From IMG/VR virus record IMGVR_UViG_3300042894_003697: DNA of 64,000 bases. One strand, 5' to 3'. Origin of the DNA: an uncultured virus (IMG/VR IMGVR_UViG_3300042894_003697) (Duplodnaviria > Heunggongvirae > Uroviricota > Caudoviricetes). Below the pieces are notes generated by a model. It was not told the DNA's origin. It ran no database searches and worked only from the letters and a program-made list of their open reading frames with translations. Position 1 is the first letter of the stretch, and each line of letters starts with the position of its first letter. A program made the translations under genes and the position numbers. Positions 54,936 to 64,000 of the stretch are shown here, one piece after another.

Positions 54936-55960
54936 GCCAAACTCCTAAAAAACTTTTCTAAATCAACATTGTATTTTTCATCAACTTCAACAATGTCTTT
55001 CTTTAACTCGTTGATATCGAGGTCGACAACAATCTTATAACTGTCTGGACTAAACTGTTTAGGGTCATAACCAATAACACTGGCGCCTAAACTACTGCCC
55101 AACACAATAAGTAAATCAGCATTTTGCATAGCAAAGTTTCCAGCGCGACTTCCTTTGATGCCAACTGCTCCAATGCTTAGAGGATGGCTGGCAGTAGTAT
55201 AATCTCTTGCACCATAGGTGCTGACATATGGAATTTGATATTGTTCAATAAATTTAACAAACTGGTCAACAGTATTGCTTTGACGAATACCGTATCCTGC
55301 CAACACAACGGGCCGTTCTGCTTTGGCAATAGCTTGTTTTACACCATCGTAGTCTGACAGTGTATCGACCAAGGCGGTGGCAACATATTCTCTGTAATTC
55401 TCAGGCATCTGTGCCGTTTGAATGTCACCCGGAATATCAATCCATACAGGACCAGGACGTCCTGTTGTTGCCAAGTGTACTGCATATTGTATTGTGTATG
55501 CTACGTCTTGTACATTGTCAACAAAGCAACTCAATTTGGTCATGGTCTTGTAGGTGTCAACAACATGGTGTTCTTGAATGCCATACTTACGAACATTGAT
55601 GTTGTTCTTTTTGTTGATGTATCCGCTACAGGTTGCCAATCTAACATTGCCTGACAGAAACAAAACAGGTACACTGTCTTGCCATGCATTTAAAACCGAT
55701 GTTGCACAGTTGGTACCTGCGCAACCTGTTGTAGGATTGACTACCGCAAGTTTGCCAGAGAACTTGCTTTCGGCTGTGGCTGCATGTCCTGCACCTTGCT
55801 CGTGGTGATAGCAGATGTAGGGCATGCCTTGTTTGATGAATCCGTCATTGAGTCCGCTGGCACCACCACCCATTAATCCGTGCACACGTTCAACGCCAAT
55901 TGACTTCAAGTAGTCGGCGATCCAATCACACACTCTCATTTTGTTTTCTAAGCGGTTCAT
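54932..55960 (-). CDS. ThDP-dependent enzyme (acetolactate synthase/YerE-like), N-terminal half
   Basis: HHEQGAG, GRPGPVWIDIP, NADLLIVLGS. Confidence 0.88.
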   Translation of the reverse strand: MNRLENKMRVCDWIADYLKSIGVERVHGLMGGGASGLNDGFIKQGMPYICYHHEQGAGHAATAESKFSGKLAVVNPTTGCAGTNCATSVLNAWQDSVPVLFLSGNVRLATCSGYINKKNNINVRKYGIQEHHVVDTYKTMTKLSCFVDNVQDVAYTIQYAVHLATTGRPGPVWIDIPGDIQTAQMPENYREYVATALVDTLSDYDGVKQAIAKAERPVVLAGYGIRQSNTVDQFVKFIEQYQIPYVSTYGARDYTTASHPLSIGAVGIKGSRAGNFAMQNADLLIVLGSSLGASVIGYDPKQFSPDSYKIVVDLDINELKKDIVEVDEKYNVDLEKFFRSLA

Positions 55961-57276
55961 TTGAATAAACTCATAAAGCCGTCTACCTGCTCACCAATGT
56001 ACTCAATCTGTTCTGGAGTAATAACCGGACTGCAACCGTGGAAGAATGTGTTCTTCATTGTGAGTGTGGCCACAGGGTAGTTGTCACGTGCATCTGCAGG
56101 ATTCATCAAGTGGCTGTAAGCAGGCTGTAGCATGATGTTGCCAGCAAAGTATGGACGGGTTTGGATTAAACGTTCTTCCAAGTAGTCCACAATGTCGTTG
56201 CGTGTAAACGGTGCGCCTGCTCTAATGGTAAGAGGAAAGGCAAACCAACTCACATCTGCATGTTCTCTAGCACGTGGCAAGTGAAAAAACTCTTCGTACT
56301 TTTCATAGATGGCAAACAACAGATTGTAGTTGCGCTGACGTAGAGCGTGTATCTCGGGCAGTTTTTTAATCTGTTCAAGCCCCATGGCCGCTTGTAGTTC
56401 AATGGGTTTTAGATTGTAACCAATCTCGTCATACACATACTTGTGATCAAATATTTCTCCGGGCATTTCAGGAATCCACTCGTTGAAACGTTTGCCACAG
56501 GTACCACATTTTAACTTGTTGGCATCGGGCCCAACGCAGTAGCATCCTCGACCCCACTCACGCAACGAACGCACAATGACTTCTTGTTGAGAGTCGTTCA
56601 TGGCCACAAAGCCACCTTCGCCCATGGTCATGTGATGTGCTGGATAAAAACTGCATGATGCCATTAGGCCGAAACTGCCCAAAGGTTGACCTTTGTATGT
56701 TGTGCCCAGACCATCGCAACAGTCTTCCAATAGCACAAGATTGTGTCGATTGACCAGTTCCATCACTTGATCCATGTTGGGAGGATTGCCTAACACATGT
56801 GCAAATGTAATGATTCGTATGTCGGGATCGTTGGCAAGTATTTGTTCAGCTGGAGCCAGATCAATGTTCAAGGTGTCAATTTCAATATCGCAAAACACAG
56901 GTGTAAATCCGTTTTGAATAGTTGGATTTAAAGTAGTAGGAAATCCAGCAATGGGCATTAACACCTTGGTGCCTTGCGGAAAGTTATAGCCACGTTTGCT
57001 CTTCATTGCTGTCATCATCAGCAGGTTGGCACTACTACCTGAATTGGTCAGCACTCCGCGAGTCTTGCCAAACTGTTCAGGAAACTGGCGTTCAAATGCT
57101 AGACTTTTATTACCCATTACTAGCCAGCCGTTAAGCAAAGCTTCTGCGGCAGCTACATATTCGTCTGAGTCAAAATACGGACCCGCATAGTTGACAAAGT
57201 CTCGGCCAGCTACCCAGGTCTTGTCTGCATGTTTAGAATCAATGTATTTTTTAATGTCTTCCAATATCTGTTTCAT
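55957..57276 (-). CDS. rfbH: CDP-4-keto-6-deoxyglucose 3-dehydrase (RfbH/DdhC)
   Basis: NSGSSANL, SFYPAHHMTMGEGG (His in place of Lys), WGRGCYC…CG, DHKYVY. Confidence 0.92.
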   Translation of the reverse strand: MKQILEDIKKYIDSKHADKTWVAGRDFVNYAGPYFDSDEYVAAAEALLNGWLVMGNKSLAFERQFPEQFGKTRGVLTNSGSSANLLMMTAMKSKRGYNFPQGTKVLMPIAGFPTTLNPTIQNGFTPVFCDIEIDTLNIDLAPAEQILANDPDIRIITFAHVLGNPPNMDQVMELVNRHNLVLLEDCCDGLGTTYKGQPLGSFGLMASCSFYPAHHMTMGEGGFVAMNDSQQEVIVRSLREWGRGCYCVGPDANKLKCGTCGKRFNEWIPEMPGEIFDHKYVYDEIGYNLKPIELQAAMGLEQIKKLPEIHALRQRNYNLLFAIYEKYEEFFHLPRAREHADVSWFAFPLTIRAGAPFTRNDIVDYLEERLIQTRPYFAGNIMLQPAYSHLMNPADARDNYPVATLTMKNTFFHGCSPVITPEQIEYIGEQVDGFMSLFK

Positions 57277-58001
57277 AATTTAATTCCAAGTTGACTGCAA
57301 ATTTCTTTCATGATGGTTATCACTGATTGACTTCCACGGCTACCATGAAAATGTAGCATGTGTGCTTGATTTATATCTATACCGTTCCACTCATTATGAA
57401 TGTCTATCATAAGTTGGTCAGACAAGGATCTTAATTTTATTGCTTGATAGGCCATCTCTGGATGTAGTCTGTCAGAGTCTAAGATATCTTGACTCCAGAA
57501 CATGGCATTGTGTCTTAGCTGGTCAAACCCCCAATTACGATTTGGGTGAGTTTCTCTTTGAGTCAACCACTCTTCACCCAGTTTCCATACATTGGGTGAC
57601 ATGGTGTGTGGATAATATTGTATGTCGTCATTGAAATGGTGTGCAAAATCTCCATGACTTTTTGGATCAGTATAATTGAACAATCGATATTCAGTAAATC
57701 TATCTGAAAACAATTCTGTAGGTCGAATCATAAGTGTGTCGGCACCAGCCCAGAATACGTTGCAAGGTTCACGCTGCCATAATTCTTTAATGTCAAGCCA
57801 ATTTTGATATGCACAGGTATCGCCGTTGGTAGCCGGATCCGTCCACAATATTGTTTCAAATGGTTCTTTTACAAAGTGTTGAAAGCTGGCCAGTCTTAGA
57901 CGATACATTTCTTGATAGTCTAAATACAATTGTGAACTATCATTGCCCATCCAATTGTCCGATATGGGGCGAACTGCACATACCAAATAATTCTTTACCA
58001 T
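57273..58001 (-). CDS. Hypothetical protein, possible glycosyltransferase
   Basis: GADTL, DQ and LHFHG motifs in a sugar cluster. Confidence 0.55.
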   Translation of the reverse strand: MVKNYLVCAVRPISDNWMGNDSSQLYLDYQEMYRLRLASFQHFVKEPFETILWTDPATNGDTCAYQNWLDIKELWQREPCNVFWAGADTLMIRPTELFSDRFTEYRLFNYTDPKSHGDFAHHFNDDIQYYPHTMSPNVWKLGEEWLTQRETHPNRNWGFDQLRHNAMFWSQDILDSDRLHPEMAYQAIKLRSLSDQLMIDIHNEWNGIDINQAHMLHFHGSRGSQSVITIMKEICSQLGIKL

Positions 58002-58945
58002 ACGAAATTATTTCTGTAGTGGTTGACTACCTGGGCCAATTCTTGATCAAAATCAGCAGTTGCAGTCCAGCCCAGTTGTTTTAGTTTACTATCATCGATA
58101 GCATACCTCACGTCTTGCCCTTGTCTAGAACTGGGAGTAACAAAAGATTCCCAGTCGTGATCATGATTAACTCCATAATAATAAGATAATATTTTTTTTA
58201 TCACTTCTCGATTTGGCATTTCAGTATTGCCACTGATATTAAATATTTCATTAGTACATCCAGCATCAATGGTAGCTATTACAGCACTAGCAGTATCCGT
58301 GGCATGCAACCAGGTCCGTACCGGATTACCGTGATTGTGCAAATCAATTAATTTGCCTAATTCAAGAAATTTAACGCTTTTGGGTATAAGTTTTTCAACG
58401 TATTGACCAATGCCATAGTTGTTGGTAGGACGCACAATTACATATTTAATACCATAAGTTCTTGCCCAGGCCAGTATCAACATGTCGGCGGCAGCCTTGG
58501 ATGCCGAATAAGGATTGCTAGGTTTTAACAAATCAGTTTCGGTGTGGGCTCCTGAATCAATGTCACCATAGACCTCGTCGGTTGAAAAATGCAACAATAT
58601 TGGTTGCTTTTGGACAGGCTGTTGTCGTATCAATTCTAACAGCCGATGTACTCCATTAATGTTGCTACTTAGAAATACCTCTGAGCTCATGATTGAATTA
58701 TCCACATGAGTCTCAGCCGCTGTGTTTATGATATAGTCGCAGTCATACAGTCGATCAAGATCGTTGATATCTTTGTGTATGAATTTAAATGTATCGTATT
58801 TTTGAAACTCAGTTAAAAAATTAAAATTGCTAGCATAGGTACCTTTGTCCACACCAATCACATGCCAGCCACGTGCTAGGCATTGACGGGTGACATTCAC
58901 CCCAATGAATCCCAAACAGCCTGTGACATATACAATTTTTTTCAT
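57995..58945 (-). CDS. rmlB: dTDP-glucose 4,6-dehydratase
   Basis: AAETHVDNS, STDEVYG, PYSASK, NNYG…EKLIP. Confidence 0.9.
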   Translation of the reverse strand: MKKIVYVTGCLGFIGVNVTRQCLARGWHVIGVDKGTYASNFNFLTEFQKYDTFKFIHKDINDLDRLYDCDYIINTAAETHVDNSIMSSEVFLSSNINGVHRLLELIRQQPVQKQPILLHFSTDEVYGDIDSGAHTETDLLKPSNPYSASKAAADMLILAWARTYGIKYVIVRPTNNYGIGQYVEKLIPKSVKFLELGKLIDLHNHGNPVRTWLHATDTASAVIATIDAGCTNEIFNISGNTEMPNREVIKKILSYYYGVNHDHDWESFVTPSSRQGQDVRYAIDDSKLKQLGWTATADFDQELAQVVNHYRNNFVW

Positions 58946-59775
58946 AATCTAATTCCGTTAGACATTTTATATTGCTTCATTTGACCGTTAGGATCATTGT
59001 CACGTAGTTTTTCCCAGGGATCTTGATTGCCCGATTTGACCTTTTCCCACCAAGAAACATCCATGCCTTGTTTGGCCATCCAGATTGATAATCTTTCAGT
59101 TTCACTCATACGAAAATTGGACCAAGTCATATGATGAAAATCTCTGGGATCTTTTGGGTTTCCTTCAAACATCACCCGGTTTTTGTAAGTATCGTCGTGA
59201 TTGTTACCGGTAAGATCGTGTCGGTCATGTACTACATGTACTGGTATGCGCTCCCATATGTCTAGCATAAATGCTTGTTGGCTCAACCAAGCATCATTTA
59301 ACCCATGTGGACTTAGGTACCCTAGCGTATCTAACCACTCTCTGGGAACAATTGGAAATATGCTGTAAGGGTGATCATTATGAGTATGAAACGCTAACAA
59401 TTTAAATTCGCCGGTGTGTTTAGAAATAACTGTGTCCCATCCGGGTGTTTCCATGTACGCATCATCATTCCAAAAAATCATCCAGTCGGAATCAGAGTTT
59501 AATGCAAGAGTATTAACATATTCATTGAGTCTAGTGTATCCCATTGGATCAAACGTCATAGCAATATAATTAATATCTTGTGAGTCTAACCAAGGTTGCA
59601 ATGATTTTTCAAAAGCAGAAATACCGTCGGTATCGTCATTGTCAAAGCCCAACATAAGTTGTATGGCGCCTGGATCGGTGGCCAACTCAAACAAGCTTTT
59701 TACACTTCGTTCTAGTGCATCACCTCTGCCGCGTGTAGGCAATAATATTGAAATTTTATATTCGTGATTGTTCAT
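58942..59775 (-). CDS. GT2-like glycosyltransferase
   Basis: ISILLPTRGR, DNDD, WNDD. Confidence 0.75.
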   Translation of the reverse strand: MNNHEYKISILLPTRGRGDALERSVKSLFELATDPGAIQLMLGFDNDDTDGISAFEKSLQPWLDSQDINYIAMTFDPMGYTRLNEYVNTLALNSDSDWMIFWNDDAYMETPGWDTVISKHTGEFKLLAFHTHNDHPYSIFPIVPREWLDTLGYLSPHGLNDAWLSQQAFMLDIWERIPVHVVHDRHDLTGNNHDDTYKNRVMFEGNPKDPRDFHHMTWSNFRMSETERLSIWMAKQGMDVSWWEKVKSGNQDPWEKLRDNDPNGQMKQYKMSNGIRL

Positions 59776-59781
59776 GTGTAC

Positions 59782-59904
59782 CTATTGATTCCAGTGCTTG
59801 ATTACGCCTGCTATAATAAAACAGTTTGTGATTATATATGACAATATAATGGTTGGGCAAATATTTGCCCAACTGCGCCAAATATTACGCAAAAAGATCC
59901 TCAT
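59782..59904 (-). CDS. 40-aa putative membrane peptide MRIFLRNIWRSWANICPTIILSYIITNCFIIAGVIKHWNQ
   Basis: Fills the gap after queD; one hydrophobic segment. Confidence 0.45.
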   Translation of the reverse strand: MRIFLRNIWRSWANICPTIILSYIITNCFIIAGVIKHWNQ

Positions 59905-60436
59905 TCCATTCACGATGGCCTTCACGATATGCCATATTGCTTTGAGTTTCTCTCACTTCTACACGATAGCACCACAAACGTGCCGCTTCGCCCGGCCCCC
60001 ACATTTCTGGAATGTACACACCATTGACATATTTGTACAGCATGTCGCTAAGTCCTTCGCAACCTAGACGAGGTAACACAACTACTTTGGCCATCTTTTT
60101 CTCTACCAACAGGTTGTATGTGGCCATTTCTGGATCATCTGCGGCCACAATGAGTGTGTGATCAAATTGATCTTCTAATGTTTTCTTTAGTTCTTTTAGT
60201 CCACCATAGTCTGCCGCCCAGTTGCGAACATCTAGGTCGTTGGTGCCAAAGTAAAACTTCATACTAAATGAATAGCCGTGAATTAGATTACAATGACTGT
60301 CTGCCCTCCACTGTCTATACGCACATGGAAATGCGTCGTGGTACTCTTTGGTACTTGTATACTTGTAAACCACTGGTCTAGTGGTTGGCCAGTTATCTTC
60401 CGTGTGGTTGATTAGTTGTTGTGTTGATGATTGCAT
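59885..60436 (-). CDS. queD: 6-carboxy-tetrahydropterin synthase (QueD/PTPS family)
   Basis: HCNLIHGYS, DYGGLKELK…FDH, GCE, VRET. Confidence 0.85.
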   Translation of the reverse strand: MQSSTQQLINHTEDNWPTTRPVVYKYTSTKEYHDAFPCAYRQWRADSHCNLIHGYSFSMKFYFGTNDLDVRNWAADYGGLKELKKTLEDQFDHTLIVAADDPEMATYNLLVEKKMAKVVVLPRLGCEGLSDMLYKYVNGVYIPEMWGPGEAARLWCYRVEVRETQSNMAYREGHREWNEDLFA

Positions 60437-60443
60437 GCTGTTT

Positions 60444-60508
60444 CTCCTATGTTAATTATAGCATAGGCTGGCAGAGTTTGTATAGCGGGATGAAAGCCAA
60501 AGGCCGCT
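60444..60508 (-). promoter_or_regulatory. Riboswitch-like pseudoknot with SD-sequestering hairpin, copy 1
   Basis: AGCGG/CCGCU stem, CAUC loop end, AUACAAACU tail, UGGC/GCCA pairing, CCUAUG/CAUAGG over the queD SD. Confidence 0.65.
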
Positions 60509-60512
60509 TGAA

Positions 60513-61442
60513 TCATAATATCTTCCATTCTTGTCCCCATCTGTTGCCGGTCGGATCAAAATTATTGTAACCAATATTGTATTTGCCAGCAGAGTCTAAA
60601 TTGAATACTGGATTAAATCTCCACGGCATATAGAGTGCATCTTTGAGGAATAGAGTTTGAGACTCAAATGAAATTTTATTAATTATTGCAACAGATGCTG
60701 GTGCATCAACGTCAACGTCAAATAAAATTTTTGGGTCTGTTTTTTTGCCACACCACCAGTCAGGTAAATTGTTCATTGTGTATGTAACTTTATCTGTATA
60801 GATATAGTCAGGCTCGGACTGTATGTGATTTATATTTATCCACCGCATTGGTTTTACATCTGACGGATTCTGACTGATCAATGCTTCGGCAAAATCTTGA
60901 TCCAAACAGGCATCCATTGACAGTTTGGCCGATAAATGTTCAGGTTCTAATGTTGTCAAAAAATCCGCGTCTAATTGTTTTTGCCAAACCCATAAATCGC
61001 AACTGAGAGTATCCGGAATACTGATAGCGTTAGGCGATAGATAAGGTTTTATACATTGCCAGGTAGTCAGCATTCCATGATCAAACAAGCCTGGACCAAC
61101 AGTTTCACTAACAAGTATATCAATCGGATGTTTAATTATATCTAAATCAGATTTCCAAAAATCACAGTTGATTACAGCAAACCTTGACGTATCAAACTTA
61201 CTTTTAAGCACCTTATATGTAAGGTCGGCTGCATTTCCATTCCGTTCTATAGCATAGACAAATTTGGCTCCTGCAGACAATGCATAGAAAGACAAAATAC
61301 CTGTTCCGGATCCTAGGTCTAAAACTATTTTATCTTTGGCGTGTTTGTTCAAAGCATCGTAATAAAACTGATTTCGCCACTTATCGTTGATCATTTTTAA
61401 AAAATTAATCGCTGTTTTATTTGTCAGAGACACGTCATTCAT
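60513..61442 (-). CDS. Class I SAM methyltransferase resembling protein arginine methyltransferases
   Basis: MINDKWRN…VLDLGSGTGILS…AGAKFVYAIE…DILVSETVG. Confidence 0.75.
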   Translation of the reverse strand: MNDVSLTNKTAINFLKMINDKWRNQFYYDALNKHAKDKIVLDLGSGTGILSFYALSAGAKFVYAIERNGNAADLTYKVLKSKFDTSRFAVINCDFWKSDLDIIKHPIDILVSETVGPGLFDHGMLTTWQCIKPYLSPNAISIPDTLSCDLWVWQKQLDADFLTTLEPEHLSAKLSMDACLDQDFAEALISQNPSDVKPMRWININHIQSEPDYIYTDKVTYTMNNLPDWWCGKKTDPKILFDVDVDAPASVAIINKISFESQTLFLKDALYMPWRFNPVFNLDSAGKYNIGYNNFDPTGNRWGQEWKIL

Positions 61443-61466
61443 GTTTTTTCTACTATTTTAAGTTCC

Positions 61467-61518
61467 GCATAGATGGCGAAGTTTGTATACCAGGATGAAA
61501 GCCAAAGGCTGCTGGTAC
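61467..61518 (-). promoter_or_regulatory. Riboswitch-like pseudoknot, copy 2
   Basis: Same core as copy 1 with a compensatory stem ACCAG/CUGGU. Confidence 0.65.
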
Positions 61519-61524
61519 AATTAC

Positions 61525-61920
61525 TTATACCGGATTCTGATAGTCGGCTTTCTTGTAATTTGCCTGGCCAAATATCACACCTCGAACGCCGCCAACTGGG
61601 TCAGCACAGTCACCAACCCGGCGAGGAATTAAATGCACATGTGGATACATCACTGTTTGTCCGGCAGCCTCTCCCATGTTAACACCTATGTTAAATGCAT
61701 CACATTCACCTGCAGTGACCATGCGCTCTCCTTCTTTAAGAGCATCGCCGAATGCCTCAGTGATTACATCAGGTGTGTTATGTGTTGGAACAAACAACAA
61801 ATGGCCAACAGTCACTGGATAACGATCACGAAATACCACAACATGGAAATCTTCTTTTACAACATCATCCCACGGTGCCACACCTGCTTGTTGTGCTTGT
61901 TCTAATGTGTTGTACTTCAT
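61525..61920 (-). CDS. HIT-family hydrolase
   Basis: DRYPVTVGH, AAGQTVMYPHVHLIPR. Confidence 0.9.
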   Translation of the reverse strand: MKYNTLEQAQQAGVAPWDDVVKEDFHVVVFRDRYPVTVGHLLFVPTHNTPDVITEAFGDALKEGERMVTAGECDAFNIGVNMGEAAGQTVMYPHVHLIPRRVGDCADPVGGVRGVIFGQANYKKADYQNPV

Positions 61921-61921
61921 A

Positions 61922-63946
61922 TCAAAACACCCAGGAATAATAAGCTTTTACGTTGCGACTACCATCTGTTGCAACTGCAGATCTAACGCCCACAATTTGA
62001 CCATCTTTAAAATTGTGCTGATATTTTATACCTGCATAGGCAATTGGTGTTTTGCCAGTTAATTTATTTTGAATTTCACTGTAGTTCATATTTCCGTCAG
62101 CATCCACACTGGAAGGAGCAGTCAGAGTAACTTGGCCATGTGCCACTACGGGTTTGACCCCAGCAAACAAATTCCAATCATTCAATTGGTAGCCGGCCAT
62201 GCCATGCACTGCCACAATTGGTGTTATGTTGGTTACCATTGCAGTGTTATAATTGATCACGGTGGTCATGATACCGCCTTGAGCCCACCAACCTTGTGGC
62301 AGTGTATGACGTCCTTCTTTATCACCTGCCCGATATAGTCGACTGTATTCCACAGTGGTTGCCGAATTAGTTTGACCAAACATGCCAGATAAGTTCACAA
62401 AAGGATTGTATTGACTATTTGTCAAGGTCAGTTGATTGGCCCATTTTGCATCAGGTTCAAACATTCGACTGTCCACAGTAACTGTGCTGTCGGTGCCGGA
62501 CTGCGTTGCCAAAATAGGCATTTGCAAATTCTGCCCTGCAGTTAGGCCAGTCCATCTACCACTCCAGTTTGATCCAGGATCAGCATTGATCATTATGGGA
62601 TTTTGCATCATAGTGTTGGCGCTGACTGCTGGTGCCAAATTCACTGTGAAATCACGTTGCATACTGTCTACCACACTGACCGAACTCAATTTGGCAACTG
62701 CGGCAGTTGACACATTGCTCACTGCAATACCACCTGCAAGCGGCATGGTAGTTCCAGTGCGTCCGGTCATTGAAATTGCAAGGTTACCTAGTGGTTTTGT
62801 AGCTCGATCCAGATCCAGCAGGCCTTGCCCCATGATATTTGGATCATAGTTGGGTAAATTTTTGTTGGCAGTTTTTAACAACAACTGCACCTGATTGCTG
62901 GCAGTCATGTAGGGCCATAACTGACTAATAATTGCCACTGCACCTGCCACTGCTGGTGCAGCTTGACTTGAGCCAGACAGGGTTTTATATCCGGTTTTGC
63001 TCACCGAAGTGGGCACCGGGCCATTGACTGCTGAACCTGGTGCAAGAATGTAAAAATCAGATGTTTTGTACAAGTCTTTGCACACATCTGCTACAACATT
63101 TTTACACACAGTTCCGGCAGTGTTTCCTTCGACTTTCTGTAATCCTGAATTCCAATTGCCCACCACCAGCATCTGGCCATTCAGCACTAGACTGCCATTG
63201 GCGTTGGTAGCATTGGCAAATGTGGCCGGGTTTTGTACATAGGGCCGTCCTTGGTTGCCTGCACTGACTGTTAGCACCATTTTAGGACTTAGTACAGATG
63301 CCCATGCTTGCGGTGATTCTAAATTATAATAGGCTGCTCCGCCGTAATTTTTATCACTGCTCTTGTATATTCCGGGTGCTATCTTGGTCACGCTGGCAGT
63401 GTACGCAGAAGAATAACCGGTGTTGGCACTGAAATTGGCCACCACAATATTGGAATTCACAGTGTTGGCCCATTTCAGAGCACGGATGGCATTGCCGCTG
63501 GTTACATTAGCATTGTCACTGAGTTTGGCAATGGCCAAATTGGCATCAAATGCCACTCCCATAACACCAGTGGCAGTCATTGCTCCTGCTGCAATACCTG
63601 CTACATTTGATCCGTGACCATGGCGATCTTGTATGCCTTTGCCAGACAGGTCCAGTGTGGCTACAATTTTTCCAGGCGCACTAAACTGCGGACTTTTGAG
63701 ATCAATACCTGTGTCCATGATCAATATGGTACTGCCCTTGCCAGTCCATCCACGGCTCCAGGCATAGTTGGCACCAACAAGCAAATTGCTATTGTTTTTT
63801 GCCTGTGGCAAAAGAGACCAAGCATTGGGATCAGTGCTGAATACTGTACTAGGTGTGCCTAGATACGGACTGTTGTAAGCGGTGGTTGTTTGAGCCGCGC
63901 ACAGTGCAGAATGTAGCACCACAGTGGCCAATATGAGTTTTTTCAC
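61922..63946 (-). CDS. Secreted subtilisin-like S8 serine protease with beta-rich C-terminal domain
   Basis: Signal peptide; DTG, HGSNVAG, SAGN, GSSQAAP; terminal YYSWVF. Confidence 0.9.
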   Translation of the reverse strand: MKKLILATVVLHSALCAAQTTTAYNSPYLGTPSTVFSTDPNAWSLLPQAKNNSNLLVGANYAWSRGWTGKGSTILIMDTGIDLKSPQFSAPGKIVATLDLSGKGIQDRHGHGSNVAGIAAGAMTATGVMGVAFDANLAIAKLSDNANVTSGNAIRALKWANTVNSNIVVANFSANTGYSSAYTASVTKIAPGIYKSSDKNYGGAAYYNLESPQAWASVLSPKMVLTVSAGNQGRPYVQNPATFANATNANGSLVLNGQMLVVGNWNSGLQKVEGNTAGTVCKNVVADVCKDLYKTSDFYILAPGSAVNGPVPTSVSKTGYKTLSGSSQAAPAVAGAVAIISQLWPYMTASNQVQLLLKTANKNLPNYDPNIMGQGLLDLDRATKPLGNLAISMTGRTGTTMPLAGGIAVSNVSTAAVAKLSSVSVVDSMQRDFTVNLAPAVSANTMMQNPIMINADPGSNWSGRWTGLTAGQNLQMPILATQSGTDSTVTVDSRMFEPDAKWANQLTLTNSQYNPFVNLSGMFGQTNSATTVEYSRLYRAGDKEGRHTLPQGWWAQGGIMTTVINYNTAMVTNITPIVAVHGMAGYQLNDWNLFAGVKPVVAHGQVTLTAPSSVDADGNMNYSEIQNKLTGKTPIAYAGIKYQHNFKDGQIVGVRSAVATDGSRNVKAYYSWVF

Positions 63947-64000
63947 GGAATCTCCCAATTAAAGTTATGATACTCTATTATACAATAGAGTTATTTTTAA

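Noticed and set aside
54192..55960. Frameshifted pseudogene of a ThDP enzyme
   Set aside because: The break is at a domain boundary and the second half has its own SD and ATGA coupling.

Overview
This window is 64 kb of a large AT-rich tailed-phage genome (jumbo or T4-like organisation; inferred). Genes are densely packed and mostly on the minus strand. No virion structural core genes, rRNA or CRISPR array are visible. The left end has four tandem radical-SAM/SPASM-type genes, a Bug/TctC-like binding protein, a carbamoyltransferase, an amidinotransferase and sugar-modification genes. The middle has thyX, a MoxR-like AAA ATPase/vWA pair, many small genes behind near-consensus sigma70 promoters, and 17 CCA-encoding tRNA or tRNA-like genes in three clusters. 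The clusters are interleaved with an RNA polymerase omega-like gene, ADP-heptose genes and several unnamed structured RNAs. The right side has a circularly permuted tmRNA, map, an RNase H/5'-3' exonuclease, nadE, queE, queD, a nucleotide-sugar cluster (RmlB, RfbH/DdhC, split ThDP enzyme), a PRMT-like methyltransferase and a subtilase. The most notable unannotated signals are in RNA: (1) a 42-codon leader peptide with mutually exclusive terminator/antiterminator helices upstream of the tRNA/ncRNA region; (2) two covarying copies of a preQ1-I-like pseudoknot, one with an SD-sequestering hairpin in front of queD; (3) a hydrophobic ORF inside the tmRNA intervening segment; (4) a tRNA-Ile-like RNA with two Ile anticodon-like loops; (5) a three-member hairpin RNA family; (6) a tRNA-Gly microhelix. 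All protein calls come from motif recognition by eye; no database search was run.
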